Both the position numbers and the translations under genes were made by a program. A DNA stretch of 64,000 nt, taken from the NCBI GenBank assembly GCA_003139995.1, contig PLIC01000085.1, forward strand, positions 3,739 to 67,738, given 5' to 3'. The notes below the pieces were generated by a model. The model was not told the origin of the DNA, made no database searches, and saw only the letters and a program-made list of their open reading frames with translations. Source of the stretch: Acidobacteriaceae bacterium (GTDB lineage Bacteria > Acidobacteriota > Terriglobia > Terriglobales > Acidobacteriaceae). Below are positions 9,045 through 17,789 of this stretch, in pieces (within the stretch, counting starts at the first letter, position 1; the number at the start of each line of letters is the position of its first letter).

Positions 9045-9581
9045 ATGTGGAAGCCCACGAATCAACCTGCAACACCCGGCCGGCCGTCTGAGCCGGAGCG
9101 TCCGAGCACGTCCACGGCGACGACGGCACCGCTTGTGAGCGAGCCCGCTGCTGTGCCGCGGCCGGTTATCAGCACTACTTCGGACCAAGCCACGATTGGC
9201 AAGTCGTTGGTGATCAAAGGTGAAGTCACCGGTTCCGAGTCTTTATATATTGACGGCCGGGTGGAGGGATCGATCAACCTCTCCGGCAATCGCGTAACCA
9301 TCGGCCGCAACGGAGTGGTCGCGGCCAACATCAGCGCGCGGGAAATCGTGGTGCTCGGCAAGGTGCGGGGCAACCTGACGGCGAGCGACCGGGTAGATAT
9401 CCGCAGTGACGGTTCGCTGACCGGCGACGTGGTGGCGGCGCGCATCTCGATTGAAGACGGCGCCTTCTTCAAGGGCGGCATTGACATCCGCAAAGCGGGG
9501 AAGACAGACTCGAAGCCGGAAGAAGCGACGAAGAGTGTTTCGACTGCGTCGCCGGAACCGGCGATTGCGGTGCGGGCGTAG
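9045..9581 (+). CDS. Bactofilin (polymer-forming cytoskeletal protein) with Pro/Thr-rich N-terminus
   Basis: Bactofilin beta-helix repeat pattern: LVIKGEVTGSESLYIDGRVEGSINLSGNRVTIGRNGVVAANISAREIVVLGKVRGNLTASDRVDIRSDGSLTGDVVAARISIEDGAFFKGGIDI. Confidence 0.85.
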   Translation: MWKPTNQPATPGRPSEPERPSTSTATTAPLVSEPAAVPRPVISTTSDQATIGKSLVIKGEVTGSESLYIDGRVEGSINLSGNRVTIGRNGVVAANISAREIVVLGKVRGNLTASDRVDIRSDGSLTGDVVAARISIEDGAFFKGGIDIRKAGKTDSKPEEATKSVSTASPEPAIAVRA

Positions 9582-9583
9582 AA

Positions 9584-9633
9584 GCGCTGTTCGTGGTTCG
9601 CGTAAGACGCTATTCGTCGTTCGCTTTTCGCTG
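9584..9633 (+). repeat. TTCGC-rich short tandem array (left arm)
   Basis: GCGCTGTTCGTGGTTCGCGTAAGACGCTATTCGTCGTTCGCTTTTCGCTGG. The inverse-oriented array at 9764-9803 forms the partner arm. Confidence 0.7.
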
Positions 9634-9660
9634 GTTTTGCAGCGGCACAAGTAGGATCGT

Positions 9661-9692
9661 GGAACGGGCCTTCGTGGGCCCGTTTTCTTTTT
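9661..9692 (+). terminator. Rho-independent terminator downstream of the bactofilin gene
   Basis: AACGGGCC-TTCGTG-GGCCCGTT stem-loop followed by TTCTTTTT. Confidence 0.75.
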
Positions 9693-9763
9693 GGGCACGG
9701 CATCGAAGGTCTTGTGTTCTCAGCATTTCAGAGGGAAGCGAGGCGGGGAAACGCAGATGCAAA

Positions 9764-9803
9764 CGCGAACAGCGAACGATGAATGGCGAACGACGAATAG
9801 CGC
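9764..9803 (-). repeat. TTCGC-rich short tandem array (right arm, inverted)
   Basis: GCGAACAGCGAACGATGAATGGCGAACGACGAATAGCGC, immediately downstream of the murJ stop. Confidence 0.7.
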
Positions 9804-9805
9804 TC

Positions 9806-11425
9806 TCACGGCTCCTTGCCGGTCGCCGTTGTTTCCGCTGTTTGGGCTTCGACAAGGCTCGGGAATGAAGTCGATTTTTTTCTGCGAAGATCCGCTGGTA
9901 ATTCCGAACGCAGCAACCAGAGTCCTGCGGCGACGGCTGCAGCCCAGGTTAAGGAGCCGAGCGCGAGGGCGAGGAGATCGGCGCGGCGGCTGCCGTCGAG
10001 CGGTATGGTGCGCATGACTTCGTAACTCAATCCGCCGGAAACGGCGCCCACCAGCGCAGCCTTGCCTAATTCTTTCCAGTTCAAACCGGCCAGCGGCACC
10101 ATCCCACGAATTTGCAGAAGGAGGGCGATGGCGACTGCGTTGGCGGCGATGCCGAGGTCGGAGGCGATGGCCAGTCCGGTGACCGACAGGGTCCGAAACA
10201 ACAGCGAGTACACGGGCAGAGAAGCGAGAGTGATGATGCTGGTGGCGATCATCGGAGTCAGGGTGTTGCCGGAGGCGTAAAACGCGCGGGCATGAAGCGC
10301 CTGACTCGACCACAAAGCCAGTGAAAGCGAGAACCAGAAAAAGTAGAGGGCGGTGGATTCGGAATCCGCAAAGGTGAAGCGCCCGCGGCGATAGACGAGA
10401 TCGATGAGCGGGAAAGCCATGGCCATCATCCAGCCGGTCATTAGCAGAGAAGCAGCCGTGATGCGATAGACGGAAGCATTCACGGTAGCGGCGAATTCCT
10501 CGAACTTTTTTTCTCCGAACAGGCGCGAGAAAAACGGGAGCGACGCCTGGCCGGCAGCCTGTCCGAGAATGGCGATCGGAACGGCGAAGAGGCGCTTGGC
10601 ATAGTTGAGCCGCGCGATGTCGCCGATTCCCTTTGAGGCATAGTGCCGGAGAATCCAGTCGTCGGCGGTGACCAGCGAAACGCCGAGCATCAGCGGGATG
10701 GAGAGCCGCACCCACTCGCGGAAAGCGGGATTCTTTAGATCGAACGAGGGCCGGTATCCGGTGCCAATTTTGGCCGCTCCGATCGCGTTGAACAGAAATG
10801 GCCCGGCAACGCTGCCGGCGAGCGCGCCGAAGGCAAGGGAGGCAATCCCCATCTGGCGGCCGGCGACAACTCCGCCGGCGATGATGAACACGTTGTAGAT
10901 CAGCGGACCGAATGCAGGGAGCAGGAACAGGCGGTGCGAAAGCAACACCGCCGAAACGACTCCGCCAACATAAAAGAAGATCTGCGCGGGCAGGAGGATG
11001 CGGGTGAGATGAACACAAAGCTGCATCTCCTCCGGCTTGAAGCCACCGAACATCCAGCCGACGAACTGAGGCGTGAAGATCTCGGCCAGGATGGTGCCAG
11101 CGACCAGCACCGTGGCCATCACGGTAATGATGATTGAGAAAGTTTTCTGCGCGTCCCGCTCGCGCTTTTCGGCGAGGAACCGGGTGTAGATGGAGATGAA
11201 TGTGATCGAGGCGGTGCCGCCGGCGACGATGTAGTTGAGCCAGTCGGGGAGGGTGAAAGCGGCGACGTAGGCGTCGGTCAGCTTTCCGGCGCCAAAGGCA
11301 TAGGCGATGTAGGCCTCGCGAATGTATCCGATCACGCGCGAGAGCGTGATGGTCGTCATCATCAGCAGCGTCGCCGAAAACGCCGTGTGCTGATGTGACG
11401 GACGGAAGAAGCGGAGGAGACGCAT
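9806..11425 (-). CDS. murJ: Lipid II flippase MurJ (MviN family)
   Basis: Polytopic membrane protein with the MurJ N-terminus: TLLMMTTITLSRVIGYIREAYIAYAFGAGKLTDAYVAAFTLPDWL. ATG at 11425. Confidence 0.85.
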   Translation of the reverse strand: MRLLRFFRPSHQHTAFSATLLMMTTITLSRVIGYIREAYIAYAFGAGKLTDAYVAAFTLPDWLNYIVAGGTASITFISIYTRFLAEKRERDAQKTFSIIITVMATVLVAGTILAEIFTPQFVGWMFGGFKPEEMQLCVHLTRILLPAQIFFYVGGVVSAVLLSHRLFLLPAFGPLIYNVFIIAGGVVAGRQMGIASLAFGALAGSVAGPFLFNAIGAAKIGTGYRPSFDLKNPAFREWVRLSIPLMLGVSLVTADDWILRHYASKGIGDIARLNYAKRLFAVPIAILGQAAGQASLPFFSRLFGEKKFEEFAATVNASVYRITAASLLMTGWMMAMAFPLIDLVYRRGRFTFADSESTALYFFWFSLSLALWSSQALHARAFYASGNTLTPMIATSIITLASLPVYSLLFRTLSVTGLAIASDLGIAANAVAIALLLQIRGMVPLAGLNWKELGKAALVGAVSGGLSYEVMRTIPLDGSRRADLLALALGSLTWAAAVAAGLWLLRSELPADLRRKKSTSFPSLVEAQTAETTATGKEP

Positions 11426-11641
11426 CCTTCGCAGATTAACGCATCTGGCGGCCGGTGGGAGAGTTATTGGAAGGCTGGAATCGGGAATGGCAAGTGGGGG
11501 GCGTTAAGCCGCGGCCTGCACGCGGGCAGGATGGCCCGTGTCCACACGATTCCAGGTGAGACCATCCTGTAAATATTTGAAATATCTAGGCTTACCTGTT
11601 GATCCACGTTTTACCCGCGCTGCATTGTCATCCCAAGGCTT

Positions 11642-12400
11642 GTGCCGCATAGTGCCGCCATTACGGAGGCAATTGTGGCTACTTCACTGGCAGACTTTGC
11701 TGAGCAAATCAACCCCAAGACTTTGGCGGAGGCGCGCCTTGCCAACTTCCGGCAGGCGACTCGCGTGCACGGGAGTTTCCTGGCTGCCGCCGAGAAACGA
11801 GCGCTCGTCTGGATGGCCGAACGCATGCCGGCCCGGGTCAATTCCGACCATCTGACCGTGCTCGGCTTTGCCGCCCAGATCGCGACTGGCGTTTGCTATG
11901 CACTCGCCGTCCATGACCGGCGCATGCTGCTCGCCGCCATTGTGTGTCTCGCGGTGAACTGGTTCGGCGACAGCCTCGACGGAACCTTGGCGCGCGTGCG
12001 CCAGCAGCAGAGACCGCGCTACGGCTTCTACGTGGACCACATCATCGATTCAATCGGCGCGGTCGCGATGATGGGCGGACTGGCGCTTTCCGGCTACATG
12101 CATCCGGTGATTGCGATTGGATTGCTGATTGCGTTTCTGCTGCTTTCCATCCAGTCGTATCTGGCGACTTATACCCTCGGCGAGTTTCAGCTTTCGTTCT
12201 GGCACTTCGGCCCGACCGAGTTACGCGTTCTGCTGGTGGCCGGCAACCTGGCGCTGTTCCGTTGGGCGTGGGTGATTCACGGACGCTACCGGCTGTTTGA
12301 TATTGGCGGCGCGATTGGATTGGCCGGAATGCTGTTGATGCTGGTTGTCGTCAGCCTGAAGAACACGATCCGCCTTTACCGGGAAGAGAGAATTCGATGA
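11642..12400 (+). CDS. CDP-alcohol phosphatidyltransferase family protein
   Basis: Signature D-x2-DG-x2-AR...G-x3-D-x3-D, seen as GDSLDGTLARVRQQQRPRYGFYVDHIIDSIGA. Multiple TM helices. The GTG start at 11642 is uncertain. Confidence 0.7.
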   Translation: MPHSAAITEAIVATSLADFAEQINPKTLAEARLANFRQATRVHGSFLAAAEKRALVWMAERMPARVNSDHLTVLGFAAQIATGVCYALAVHDRRMLLAAIVCLAVNWFGDSLDGTLARVRQQQRPRYGFYVDHIIDSIGAVAMMGGLALSGYMHPVIAIGLLIAFLLLSIQSYLATYTLGEFQLSFWHFGPTELRVLLVAGNLALFRWAWVIHGRYRLFDIGGAIGLAGMLLMLVVVSLKNTIRLYREERIR

Positions 12401-12885
12401 AAGCGGATGCCTCCCAGTTGCCGATTCTCAGTTCCCGGTTCTCAGTTATTCATGGGGATCGGAATCGGACTTTTCTCCGTTGGATGAAGTTCAACACTGT
12501 GGGTGGAATCGGCATCGGCGTGCAATTGGCGGCGCTGGCCGTTTTTCGTTCCTGGCTAAAACTGGATTATCTGCTGGGTACGGGGCTGGCAGTCGAGATC
12601 GCGGTGATCCACAACTTCGTATGGCACGAGCGCTTCACCTGGGTGGACCGGCCGGTTGTGCGGCCAGTGCAGTCGCTGGTCCGGCTGGCCAAATTCAATG
12701 CCAGTAATGGAGCGGTTTCTCTTGTCGGGAACCTTGTGCTGATGCGGCTGCTGGTGGGCGAACTGAAATTGAACTATGTCGCGTCGAATGTAGTTGCGAT
12801 CATCTTGTGTTCGCTGGTGAATTTCCTGCTCGGCGATCGCTTTGTTTTCGATGCAAAGGCGGAGTCGGAAGCGATCCCGACCTAG
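12397..12885 (+). CDS. GtrA-family membrane protein
   Basis: GtrA-like pattern: KFNTVGGIGIGVQLAALAVF...AKFNASNGAVSLVGNLVLM. The 12397 start overlaps the upstream stop (ATGA). ATG 12484 (MKFNTVGG) is an alternative, because 12413-12451 carries a repeat motif that is otherwise intergenic. Confidence 0.7.
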   Translation: MKADASQLPILSSRFSVIHGDRNRTFLRWMKFNTVGGIGIGVQLAALAVFRSWLKLDYLLGTGLAVEIAVIHNFVWHERFTWVDRPVVRPVQSLVRLAKFNASNGAVSLVGNLVLMRLLVGELKLNYVASNVVAIILCSLVNFLLGDRFVFDAKAESEAIPT

Positions 12886-12943
12886 CGGTTTGCCGAACTG
12901 CGCGGTGAGGCAAGGCGACCTCTTGGGCGCGTCTTTTTGGGGG

Positions 12944-12972
12944 TTACGCTGCGATAGAACCGGGGATATAAT
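12944..12972 (+). promoter_or_regulatory. Candidate sigma70-type promoter (TTACGC-N17-TATAAT)
   Basis: The hexamers and their 17-nt spacing were read directly. The site lies about 290 nt upstream of the aminotransferase ATG, which would imply a long leader. Confidence 0.3.
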
Positions 12973-13130
12973 GCTTGCAGTTGCTATGCGCTTCAACGGC
13001 TACATTTCGCTTCTCCAGACGTGCTGGATCGAGGGACGCGCTTGTCCCCGCCGGTACCTTTCCGTTCTGCCTTCGCGCGTGCGCGCCAATCTCTTTGGCA
13101 GCGACTAATTTTCTTTCCTGTTGATTGCTC

Positions 13131-13170
13131 CGCTGATCGCTCTTCGCTATTCGCTATTCGCTTTTGGCTT
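13131..13170 (+). repeat. TTCGC-rich short tandem array
   Basis: CGCTGATCGCTCTTCGCTATTCGCTATTCGCTTTTGGCTT. Confidence 0.6.
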
Positions 13171-13262
13171 TTAGCCCATGCACCATCTCGGTGGACCCTG
13201 CCCGAACCGCGGGCTAAGAACCACTGAAAACCAAGAACTTACGAACCGATCTGGAGGATCTC

Positions 13263-14615
13263 ATGACCACCAAGACTTTGATTGCCGGCCCCAAGCTCAA
13301 GACCGCGATTCCCGGCCCCAATGCCCGGCGCATTCTCGCGGGCGATGACAAATACATTTCCCCTTCCTACACACGCTCCTATCCGATGGTGGCCAAGCGC
13401 GGCCGCGGCATTGTGGTCGAGGACGTGGATGGCAACGAGTTTTTCGATTTTTCCGCGGGCATTGCCGTGACCTCGACCGGCCATTGCCATCCGGAAGTGG
13501 TCGCCGCCATTCAGAAGCAGGCGGGTGAACTGATCCACATGTCGGGCACCGACTTTTATTACGAAGGCATGGTAACGCTGGCCGAGCGGCTGTCGAAGAT
13601 TGCGCCTATGCCGGGGCCGCACAGGATTTATTACGGAAATTCCGGAGCCGAAGCCATCGAGTGCGCTTTGAAACTGGCGCGCTATCACACCAAGCGGCAG
13701 CATATGATCGCGTTCTTTGGCGCTTTTCACGGAAGGACCATGGGCGCGCTCTCGCTGACGGCCTCGAAGCCACAGCAGAAGCGCCGCTTTGCGCCGCTCG
13801 TGCCGGGCGTAACTCACATCCGCTATCCCGATGTGTATCGGGGCTGCGCGGGCGGTCCGCAGGATGCCGAGAAATTCGCGCTCAGCTGCGCCCGCTACAT
13901 CGAAGACAAACTGTTTAAGACCGTGCTCGCGCCGGAAGAAGTCGCGGCTATTTTTGTCGAGCCGATCCAGGGCGAAGGCGGATACGTCATCGCGCCCATG
14001 ATCTTCATGCAGGAACTGCGCCGCATCTCGGACAAGCACGGCATCCTGCTGGTGGTGGACGAAGTGCAGAGCGGCATCGGCCGCACGGGCAAATGGTTTG
14101 CCGTCGAACACACTGGAGTGCATCCCGACATCGTTTGCATGGCGAAGGGGATCGCGTCCGGGATGCCGCTCGGCGTCACCATGAGCAAGGCCGAAGTCAT
14201 GGACTGGATACCCGGTTCGCATGCGTCGACGTTCGGTGGTAATCCCGTCTGCATTGCCGCAGCGCTTGCCACGCTGGATGTGATCGAGAAAGAAGGACTG
14301 CTCAGGAACTCGCAGGAGGTCGGCGACCACATGGTTAAGCGCATGGCGGACTGGCCGAAGAAGCACAAGATCGTCGGCGACGTCCGCGGACGCGGCCTCA
14401 TGATCGGCGTTGAGATCGTGAAAGACCAGACGACCCGCGAGCACGGCGCCAGTGATCGCGATCGCATCGTGCAGCAGGCGTTCGAGCGCGGCATTCTGTT
14501 TCTAGGCTGCGGTCCGAGCACGATTCGCATCGCGCCACCGCTTATCGTTACCAGGGACGAAGCCGACGTTGCCATGGATGCGCTGGAAGAGTCGATCATG
14601 ATCGTTGAAACTTAG
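13263..14615 (+). CDS. Class-III PLP-dependent aminotransferase (4-aminobutyrate / acetylornithine aminotransferase family)
   Basis: DVDGNEFFDFSAGIAVTSTGHCHP...LLVVDEVQSGIGRTGKWFAVEH...PDIVCMAKGIASGMPLG (PLP lysine context). RBS GGAGG. Confidence 0.85.
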   Translation: MTTKTLIAGPKLKTAIPGPNARRILAGDDKYISPSYTRSYPMVAKRGRGIVVEDVDGNEFFDFSAGIAVTSTGHCHPEVVAAIQKQAGELIHMSGTDFYYEGMVTLAERLSKIAPMPGPHRIYYGNSGAEAIECALKLARYHTKRQHMIAFFGAFHGRTMGALSLTASKPQQKRRFAPLVPGVTHIRYPDVYRGCAGGPQDAEKFALSCARYIEDKLFKTVLAPEEVAAIFVEPIQGEGGYVIAPMIFMQELRRISDKHGILLVVDEVQSGIGRTGKWFAVEHTGVHPDIVCMAKGIASGMPLGVTMSKAEVMDWIPGSHASTFGGNPVCIAAALATLDVIEKEGLLRNSQEVGDHMVKRMADWPKKHKIVGDVRGRGLMIGVEIVKDQTTREHGASDRDRIVQQAFERGILFLGCGPSTIRIAPPLIVTRDEADVAMDALEESIMIVET

Positions 14616-14658
14616 ATCGTTGAAACTGAAAAGAGCGCGTAATCGCGGGAGGTGCGTA

Positions 14659-15123
14659 ATGTGGAACGGAACTGTGGAATCGATTTATATCGCCTCCGCC
14701 GCGCAAGGGCCGATGCAAGCTCTGGCTCAGGTGGTGGCAATTCCGGGCGAGGGGCTTGAAGGCGACCGGTACGCGCTGAAGCTGGGCACCTTCTACAAGC
14801 CCAAGCCGGATTACGAACTCACGCTGATTGAGGCGGAGGCGATTGAGGCGCTGCGGCGGGATTATCAGGTCGAGCTTGCTGCGGGCGAAACCCGACGCAA
14901 CATCGTGACGCGCAACGTCCCGCTGAATCACTTGGTGGGGAGGGAGTTTGCCATCGGCGATGTGCGTATTCGGGGCATCCGCCTGTGCGAGCCTTGCGAT
15001 CACTTGCAGAAGTTAACGGGGAAGCCGGTGATCAAGGGCCTGCTTCACCGCGGGGGATTGCGCGCTCAGATTCTCACGCCAGGTACGATTCGCGCCGGGG
15101 ACGTGGTTAGCTTCATGCCGTAG
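14659..15123 (+). CDS. MOSC domain-containing protein
   Basis: GLEGDRY...ITLIEAEAIE...RRNIVTRNVPLNHLVGREFAIGDVRIRGIRLCEPCDHL. ATG 14659 is preceded by GGGAGG. Confidence 0.75.
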   Translation: MWNGTVESIYIASAAQGPMQALAQVVAIPGEGLEGDRYALKLGTFYKPKPDYELTLIEAEAIEALRRDYQVELAAGETRRNIVTRNVPLNHLVGREFAIGDVRIRGIRLCEPCDHLQKLTGKPVIKGLLHRGGLRAQILTPGTIRAGDVVSFMP

Positions 15124-15145
15124 AGCCGCGGCTAGCCGCGGCTCT
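15122..15145. terminator. Perfect 24-nt palindrome / hairpin after the MOSC gene
   Basis: AGAGCCGCGGCTAGCCGCGGCTCT. There is no U-tract, so terminator function is uncertain. Confidence 0.35.
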
Positions 15146-15392
15146 CACTTGCTCAGATCCGCAGCAGGTTGGAAAGCTCGGCTTGCGTGGCCCGGCCGGC
15201 CTCAGCGGCAAGGACCGTGACATCCGAAACAAGCAAGTCAGATGCTTCGACCGGTTTCCCATGAACTGAAGTCGCGGACAGCGGTCCGCCAGCGATCAGG
15301 AGAGCGCCGGCGGCGAATTGTACCGGACGCGCGGTGACCCGGATCACATAAGGCGCGGTGTGGTTCGAGCTAGGGTGAAGGTGGAGTTTTTC

Positions 15393-15869
15393 ATGTTCGC
15401 CGGACGCCTGACGCAAGCCACATTGCGCGCACTGGACTGGCTGGCAGCAAGAACGCTTCCGCCCGAGAACATGCCAGCGCACCAGCGTACCGGCCGGCGC
15501 GGCGAGGAGGACGCTTATTTTTACCTTCGCCGGCGCGGCTACACGATCATCGCGCGCAACTACCGCTCCCCCAATCATCGCGGCGAGCTCGATCTCGTCG
15601 GCTGGGATCGGGACGTCCTGAGTTTTATCGAGGTGAAAACTCGGACGAAGCGTGACCTCAAACCCGCCGAAACCGCCGTAGATCGCGATAAACAAAGGGA
15701 GCTGTCGCTGGTCGCCCGCGACTTCCTGCGCCAGATGCCCCCTTTGTCCGAGTGGCGATTCGACGTGCTCGCCGTATATTATGAACACGGACACAGCCGA
15801 CCCTCATTCGAGTTGTTTCAAAATGCGTTTCCCGTAGCGTACAATCGTGGGTTTGCGGATTCCTACTGA
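15393..15869 (+). CDS. yraN: YraN-family (UPF0102) endonuclease-like protein
   Basis: GRRGEEDAYFYLRRRGYTIIARNYRSPNHRGELDLVGWDRDVLSFIEVKTR is the family core. ATG 15393 follows GAAGGTGGAG. Confidence 0.75.
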   Translation: MFAGRLTQATLRALDWLAARTLPPENMPAHQRTGRRGEEDAYFYLRRRGYTIIARNYRSPNHRGELDLVGWDRDVLSFIEVKTRTKRDLKPAETAVDRDKQRELSLVARDFLRQMPPLSEWRFDVLAVYYEHGHSRPSFELFQNAFPVAYNRGFADSY

Positions 15870-15882
15870 AAGGATTTAGTCC

Positions 15883-16926
15883 GTGCCTGAACTGAGAAAA
15901 GACCCCATCGTTGGCCGGTGGGTGATTATTTCCACGGATCGCGCCAAGCGGCCTACCGACTTTGTGCGCGAAGCTGTGAAGATCAAGGGCGGATTCTGTC
16001 CCTTCTGTTATGGCAATGAAAGCAAGACTCCACCGGAGATCCTGGCGTATCGCCCAAGCAGCAACGGCAATCCTCCTCAGAAAGACAGTCCGGGCTGGAC
16101 GATCCGCGTGGTTCCGAACAAGTTTCCGGCGCTCGGCATCGAAGGCAATTTGAATAAGCAGGCCGAGGGTATGTTTGACAAGATGAATGGCATCGGCGCC
16201 CACGAAGTCGTCATCGAAACGCCCGACCACAACGCCAGCATGGCCACGCTTCCCGCGAAAAGAATCGAAGACGTTCTATGGGCCTTCCGCGATCGCATTC
16301 TCGATCTCAAGAAAGACCGGCGCTTCAAGTACATTCTGCTCTTCAAGAACCACGGAGAAGCAGCCGGCGCGTCGCTCGAGCACGCCCACTCGCAACTGAT
16401 CGCGCTGCCGATTCTGCCCATTTACGTGGTTGAGGAACTGCAGGGAGCCAAGCAGTATTACATCTACAAAGAGCGTTGCGTCTTCTGCGACGGCATTCGG
16501 CAGGAAACCGACAGCGGCATCCGAGTCGTGGCTGAGAACGAAGATTTTCTGACGCTCGCCCCGTATGCTCCGCGGTTTCCCTTTGAAACCTGGATCCTCC
16601 CCAAGCGCCACGAATCTGCCTTCGAGAACTCGTCGTCGCACATGTTCGAAAATCTCGCGAGAGCGCTCAAGCTGCTGCTGATGAAGGCGGACCGCGTGCT
16701 CGACAATCCACCGTACAACCTGGTGGTGCACTCGTCGCCGGTGCAGGATCCGACCAACGAGTATTACCACTGGCATATCGAATTCATGCCCAAACTGACC
16801 AAGACGGCGGGATTTGAGTGGGGAACCGGTTTCTACATCAACCCCACACCGCCCGAAGAGGCTGCGAGGTTTTTGCGCGAGGCGAGCGTGGAAGATGCGG
16901 CTCCCAGTGCGGTGGCTGCTCGCTGA
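15883..16926 (+). CDS. galT: Galactose-1-phosphate uridylyltransferase-like (GalT/HIT superfamily nucleotidyltransferase)
   Basis: N-terminal zinc motif CPFCYGNE and active-site H-x-H-x-Q (LEHAHSQLIALP). A second half-domain carries a HIT-like motif (YHWHIEFMP). GTG start. Confidence 0.75.
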   Translation: MPELRKDPIVGRWVIISTDRAKRPTDFVREAVKIKGGFCPFCYGNESKTPPEILAYRPSSNGNPPQKDSPGWTIRVVPNKFPALGIEGNLNKQAEGMFDKMNGIGAHEVVIETPDHNASMATLPAKRIEDVLWAFRDRILDLKKDRRFKYILLFKNHGEAAGASLEHAHSQLIALPILPIYVVEELQGAKQYYIYKERCVFCDGIRQETDSGIRVVAENEDFLTLAPYAPRFPFETWILPKRHESAFENSSSHMFENLARALKLLLMKADRVLDNPPYNLVVHSSPVQDPTNEYYHWHIEFMPKLTKTAGFEWGTGFYINPTPPEEAARFLREASVEDAAPSAVAAR

Positions 16927-16961
16927 GTTTTTGCGTTGCTGGAATCGGAGTCTGGAATTGG

Positions 16962-16994
16962 GGCAGAGGGGCGAACGCCGGCTCTGCCTTTTTC
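16962..16994 (+). terminator. Rho-independent terminator after galT
   Basis: GGCAGAG...CTCTGCC stem followed by TTTTTCTT. Confidence 0.6.
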
Positions 16995-17018
16995 TTATTG
17001 GGCTAACTGCTGAGTCTA

Positions 17019-17237
17019 TCAATGGGATCGGTCGCGAAACTCCGCATGCCACGCCATCTGGATCGCTTCCAGCTTGGCTTCGCTCGATTTCGTGGGGTCG
17101 TCTTTGAAGCCGGGGAGCGCGATCACATATTTGTGCAGGTCGGTGAAACGGACCGAGAGCGGTTCGAGTTCCGGATGGATTTCAGAGAGCAGAATCCCGA
17201 TGTCTTCAGAATCGCTCCAGGTGAGTTCTTTTGGCAT
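17019..17237 (-). CDS. iscX: Fe-S cluster assembly protein IscX
   Basis: LTWSDSEDIGILLSEIHPELEPLSVRFTDLHKYVIALPGFKDDP, the last gene of the isc operon. Confidence 0.85.
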   Translation of the reverse strand: MPKELTWSDSEDIGILLSEIHPELEPLSVRFTDLHKYVIALPGFKDDPTKSSEAKLEAIQMAWHAEFRDRSH

Positions 17238-17245
17238 GATAACCC

Positions 17246-17354
17246 CGCTATTCGTCCTTCGCTGTTCGCTATTCGCTTGGTCAACTTCACTTCACTTTCG
17301 TTCATTCGCGGAGCAGAGCCAACAGCGAACGACGAAAAGCGAACAACGAACAGC
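17246..17354. repeat. Inverted pair of TTCGC-rich arrays (imperfect long hairpin) in the fdx-iscX spacer
   Basis: Left arm CGCTATTCGTCCTTCGCTGTTCGCTATTCGC. Right arm CAGCGAACGACGAAAAGCGAACAACGAACAGC. Confidence 0.7.
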
Positions 17355-17360
17355 CGGTTC

Positions 17361-17774
17361 TCAATGCTCTTCCGAAACGTAATTCCGATTCCACGCGGGA
17401 ATTTCCACAACCACTTTGCCCGGTTTCTTGATCACGGTCTGGCATCCGAGGCGCGAGTTTAGCTGAAGATCGGCCGCCATGTCGAGCTTGTCGGCTTCGT
17501 CGTCTTCCATCTCCGAGATCAGGTCCGCGCCTTCTTTCACCCAGACGTGGCAGGTCGTGCAGGCGCAGTTTCCTCCACAGGCGTGATCGAGATGAATGCC
17601 GAAGTTCAGCGCTACATCGAGCAGCGACTCTTCCTTGCCATGGTCCTGATAAGGCAACTTGCCGTGTTCGAAGGTCACCGTCTTGCCTTCCGGCAGAAAC
17701 GTGACCTCAACGGTGTTTTCACTGGGAGCATCCACTGTGGTTACTCCGGTTCCCTGCGTTTTTTCTTCAGACAT
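17361..17774 (-). CDS. fdx: ISC-type [2Fe-2S] ferredoxin
   Basis: Cys ligand pattern CGGNCACTTCHV, plus its position between hscA and iscX. Confidence 0.85.
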   Translation of the reverse strand: MSEEKTQGTGVTTVDAPSENTVEVTFLPEGKTVTFEHGKLPYQDHGKEESLLDVALNFGIHLDHACGGNCACTTCHVWVKEGADLISEMEDDEADKLDMAADLQLNSRLGCQTVIKKPGKVVVEIPAWNRNYVSEEH

Positions 17775-17789
17775 GTATGAACGCCTGCC

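Noticed and set aside
9720-11018. 432-aa ORF overlapping murJ in another frame.
   Set aside because: It has an Arg/Pro-rich low-complexity translation typical of an off-frame reading of a high-GC gene. MurJ in the other frame has clear family motifs.
13239-14444. 401-aa antisense ORF within the aminotransferase gene, plus 13895..14599.
   Set aside because: It lies antisense to a gene with unambiguous PLP-aminotransferase motifs. It has no RBS or domain features. Long antisense ORFs are expected at this GC content.
15153-15794. 213-aa minus-strand ORF overlapping yraN.
   Set aside because: It has no recognisable motifs. The plus-strand frame gives the conserved YraN core, with an RBS at 15393.
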